Shown: piece after piece, positions 27,141-29,703 of the stretch | Layout of the letters: each line of letters opens with the position of its first letter | Position numbering within the stretch: the stretch's first letter is position 1 | Source of the DNA: Dongiaceae bacterium | Lineage (GTDB): Bacteria; Pseudomonadota; Gammaproteobacteria; Pseudomonadales; Ketobacteraceae | NCBI GenBank assembly: GCA_035539495.1 | Contig: DATLII010000187.1 | Span: 1-29,703 of the forward strand | Reading direction: 5' to 3' | Length of the DNA stretch: 29,703 bases | Made by a program: the position numbers and the translations under genes | The notes under the pieces: model-generated | Seen by the model: the letters and a program-made list of their open reading frames with translations, nothing else | Told to the model about the DNA's origin: nothing | Database searches by the model: none

Positions 27141-29378
27141 CTAGCTGGGCAGGCTGACTGCAGACAACGGGAGGCTCGCAATATTTTGACCAGAACGCAA
27201 GCGCCAGGCATTCACCAGGGCGGGGGCCACCGGCGGCAGGGCCGGTTCGCTGATCCCGCCGGGCGGGGCGTCGCTGGGAACCACCTCAATGTAAAGGGAC
27301 GGCGCGCGACCGATATCCAGCAGCGGATAGGTATCCAGGTTGCGGCTGACCACCTTGCCTTGCTCCAACACCACCTGCTCACCCAGGGCCGCAGACAAGC
27401 CCATCAGAATCGAGCCTTCAATCTGGCCCCGCACATTGTCCGGGTTCACCACGATGCCGCAGTCGACGGAACAAATGATCTCGGCGATTTGGGATGGATC
27501 GGTAGCATTGGGCTGCAGTCGCACCACGGTTGCCACATAGGTGTCATAACCGGCGAAGCAGGCCAGACCCATGGCGTTTTCCGGGCCGCGGTAAGGCCAG
27601 CTGGCCAGTTCCGCCGCCCGCTCCACGACCGAACGCAACCGCGATGGGGATGGCAGCATTTGCAGCCGCAGGGACAGCGGATCCAATTTGTAGCGCGCCG
27701 CCCATTCATCCAGGAACACTTCCTGGGCAAAGATATTCAAACTGTTGCCCACCGAGCGCCAGTAGCCCACCGGCACCGCCAGCTCCACCGGCACATGCTC
27801 CACTTTGCGGAACGGCAGTCGATACGGGGATTTCTGCACGCCTTCTATTGCCGATTCACCCACCCGCTTGGACGGGTGCACACCCTGGCCGTAATCCGCG
27901 GTTTTACCAGGTGCTGTTTTGCTGGCAGGTGACGGCGCCATCAGGCCTTTCAGGTATTGGGTCAGGCTGCCACCGTCACCAGTGGACGTGGTGGTGGATT
28001 CCGCCAGACGGGCGGTGCTCACCACTTGATGCCGCAGCCCTATCAACTGTCCTTTCGGGCCGGCATGGCCGCGCATGCGGATAACCGCCGGGGGACGGTA
28101 TTGGCCGCCGGCAAGCTGATCTTCCCGGGTCCAAATCACTTTCACGGGTTTGCGCAGACGCATCCCCAGTTCCAGCGCTTCGGCAATGAAATCCGTGCTC
28201 AAACGACGGCCGAAAGAACCGCCCGACAGTTCGTCGTCCAGCTGGATCGCCTTCATAGGCAGACCAGTGATGCCGGCGGCCATCATCCGCACAGCATTCG
28301 GCCGCTGGGTACCCGCCTGAATATAGCAGCGCTTGCTGCTCACCGACACAGTACAGGCTAGCGGCTCCATCGGTGTGTGGGCCAGGAATGGCAAGCGATA
28401 GACACGTTCGAAAGCCGGAGCACCCGCCGGTGCCGCGCCTTCCGTGACAACCACCTGGCTGAGACCCGGTTTGTCCAGCAGACCGGCCAGGGTATCGCCC
28501 AACGCCGCGCTGGAAACATCTGCGCCACCGCGCCAGCGAGCCGCTAATGCTTTGCGCCCTTGCAACGCCGCCCAGGTGTGTTGAGCCACCACCGCCACAC
28601 CCGTTTGCAGCGGAATCACCGCCGTAACACATTTCACGGCCAGCGCGGCGGATTCGTTCATGCCATCCAGTTCGGCGCCGAAACGGTCCGGGCGCTCGAT
28701 GGAGGCGACCAATGTGCTGGCGCGATCGAAGCCATATTTCACCGAGCCAGTTACTTTTTCCTTTATCCAGGCCGGCTCTTTCCATTCGCCGATATAACGC
28801 CAGGGCGGCGCGACTGGACGCACTCGTTTCACGTCCACCTGACGGGCCGCCGCTGGCGTCTGCGGCAACACGGCGGCAAATTTTATCGGCTCGCGCGGGC
28901 CCAGCACCCAGCCATCGCGCAATTCAAATCGTGGCAAAGGTCGGCCCGATGCCTGTGCCTGCAGCGTCAGTGCCGCTGCTTTTAATAGCACTTCACGACA
29001 ATAGGCCGCGGCCTGTCGCACAGGGACCCAGCTGGTGCGGATGGAATCGCTGCCCCAGGTATCCAACGGTTGCGCCAACGCATTGGCTTGCGTAGGACCG
29101 GAACTGAGCAAGCGCACCCGGATACGTTCCGGCGCGGTATTCAATTCTTCCGCAAACAACGTACGCATGCCGTCACTCAGGCCCTGACCCATTTCATGGC
29201 GGTTCAACAGCACGTACATCTGATTGTCGCTGCCGATTTCGAAGAAGCCGGTGATCGGGGGTGCGGATTTGGAAGATGCCGCCTCTGCCTGCAGTGGAAA
29301 TTCCAGCAACAGGGCACCGCCCGCGGTCAATGTCAGGCCAATAAAGCTGCGCCGGTCCAGCCGGGAAGAATCTGTCAT
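27141..29378 (-). CDS. Xanthine dehydrogenase family molybdopterin-binding subunit (isoquinoline 1-oxidoreductase beta/IorB-like) with a twin-arginine leader, 745 aa
   Basis: DRRSFI leader, HEMGQG..AEEL, LAHTPMEP, GGSFGRR, WRSVG...E.FLDE, DCGIVVNPDNVRGQIEG and PGGISEP..PPVAPALVNA. A GGAG SD precedes ATG 29378. Confidence 0.9.
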   Translation of the reverse strand: MTDSSRLDRRSFIGLTLTAGGALLLEFPLQAEAASSKSAPPITGFFEIGSDNQMYVLLNRHEMGQGLSDGMRTLFAEELNTAPERIRVRLLSSGPTQANALAQPLDTWGSDSIRTSWVPVRQAAAYCREVLLKAAALTLQAQASGRPLPRFELRDGWVLGPREPIKFAAVLPQTPAAARQVDVKRVRPVAPPWRYIGEWKEPAWIKEKVTGSVKYGFDRASTLVASIERPDRFGAELDGMNESAALAVKCVTAVIPLQTGVAVVAQHTWAALQGRKALAARWRGGADVSSAALGDTLAGLLDKPGLSQVVVTEGAAPAGAPAFERVYRLPFLAHTPMEPLACTVSVSSKRCYIQAGTQRPNAVRMMAAGITGLPMKAIQLDDELSGGSFGRRLSTDFIAEALELGMRLRKPVKVIWTREDQLAGGQYRPPAVIRMRGHAGPKGQLIGLRHQVVSTARLAESTTTSTGDGGSLTQYLKGLMAPSPASKTAPGKTADYGQGVHPSKRVGESAIEGVQKSPYRLPFRKVEHVPVELAVPVGYWRSVGNSLNIFAQEVFLDEWAARYKLDPLSLRLQMLPSPSRLRSVVERAAELASWPYRGPENAMGLACFAGYDTYVATVVRLQPNATDPSQIAEIICSVDCGIVVNPDNVRGQIEGSILMGLSAALGEQVVLEQGKVVSRNLDTYPLLDIGRAPSLYIEVVPSDAPPGGISEPALPPVAPALVNAWRLRSGQNIASLPLSAVSLPS

Positions 29379-29533
29379 GGATACAACTCCTGGGATAACG
29401 CCATGCGGCGGCATGTTAACAGTTTTCGCGTCGCCACCGCAGGTCAACGTATTTGGGCATTTTGGTCAGTGTCAGCGGCAGGCCGGGCAGCTATGGTTAG
29501 CCCATCATTTTCCGCGTTATTAAGGATGCTGCC

Positions 29534-29703
29534 GTGAACTGCTCTATCCCTTTTCAGGAACTCGTGAAAGCCGGTGCCTGCAGCACCGATCAGGCCATGG
29601 CCTGCTTCGACTCACTGGAGCCGGTAAATCTGGATTTCATGTTGGGGCGCTGGCGCGGCCGCGGCGTGGACACCGGACACCCGATGGATGGCCTGCTTGA
29701 ATT
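29534..29703 (+). CDS. GXWXG-domain (DUF4334-associated) protein, N-terminal fragment
   Basis: Not in the ORF track. GTG 29534 after a TAAGGA SD gives MNCSIPFQELVKAGACSTDQAMACFDSLEPVNLDFMLGRWRGRGVDTGHPMDGLLE, which fits the F-D-x-L-x-P-V...G-R-W-R-G...G-H-P-M-D-G-L-L pattern. It is truncated by the window end. Confidence 0.8.
   Translation, partial: MNCSIPFQELVKAGACSTDQAMACFDSLEPVNLDFMLGRWRGRGVDTGHPMDGLLE

Noticed and set aside
5813-29447. N-terminal extensions in the ORF track (hflC, hfq, miaA, mutL, orn, motA, rhdA, 358-aa protein, SDH-like, IorB-like) as real fusions or extra domains
   Set aside because: They are artefacts of choosing the most upstream start codon. Several overlap neighbouring genes, and most have a better SD and a family-typical N-terminus at a downstream start.

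Overview
This is a GC-rich gammaproteobacterial chromosome segment. A Pseudomonadales/Oceanospirillales-type host is inferred from gene order, HisZ, the endonuclease-type MutL and the RhdA-type rhodanese. Bases 1-23545 are the conserved core run purA(partial)-hisZ-hflC-hflK-hflX-hfq-miaA-mutL-amiB-tsaE-nnr / queG / orn / rsgA / motB-motA / HDOD-rhdA-psd. As I recall it, this is nearly the order of the P. aeruginosa purA-psd region. It deviates in three ways: no yjeT/DUF2065 gene, a cvrA/nhaP2 antiporter between rsgA and motB, and a 189-bp nested inverted-repeat element between queG and orn. After psd comes an accessory block: two unassigned proteins (a very acidic 108-aa protein and a 358-aa amphipathic helical protein), a tightly spaced four-gene minus-strand unit (IorB-like molybdoenzyme large subunit without a 2Fe-2S partner, atypical shikimate-dehydrogenase-like protein, Dabb barrel, GST), and the start of a divergent GXWXG-domain gene. 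I found no tRNA, rRNA, CRISPR array, integrase or transposase. The best leads for something undescribed are the structured 189-bp element, a terminator-like hairpin directly behind the predicted hisZ-purA promoter, and the orphan molybdoenzyme/SDH-like/Dabb/GST module. All assignments come from motif recognition by eye; no database search was run. Start codons were re-picked by hand where the ORF track over-extends.
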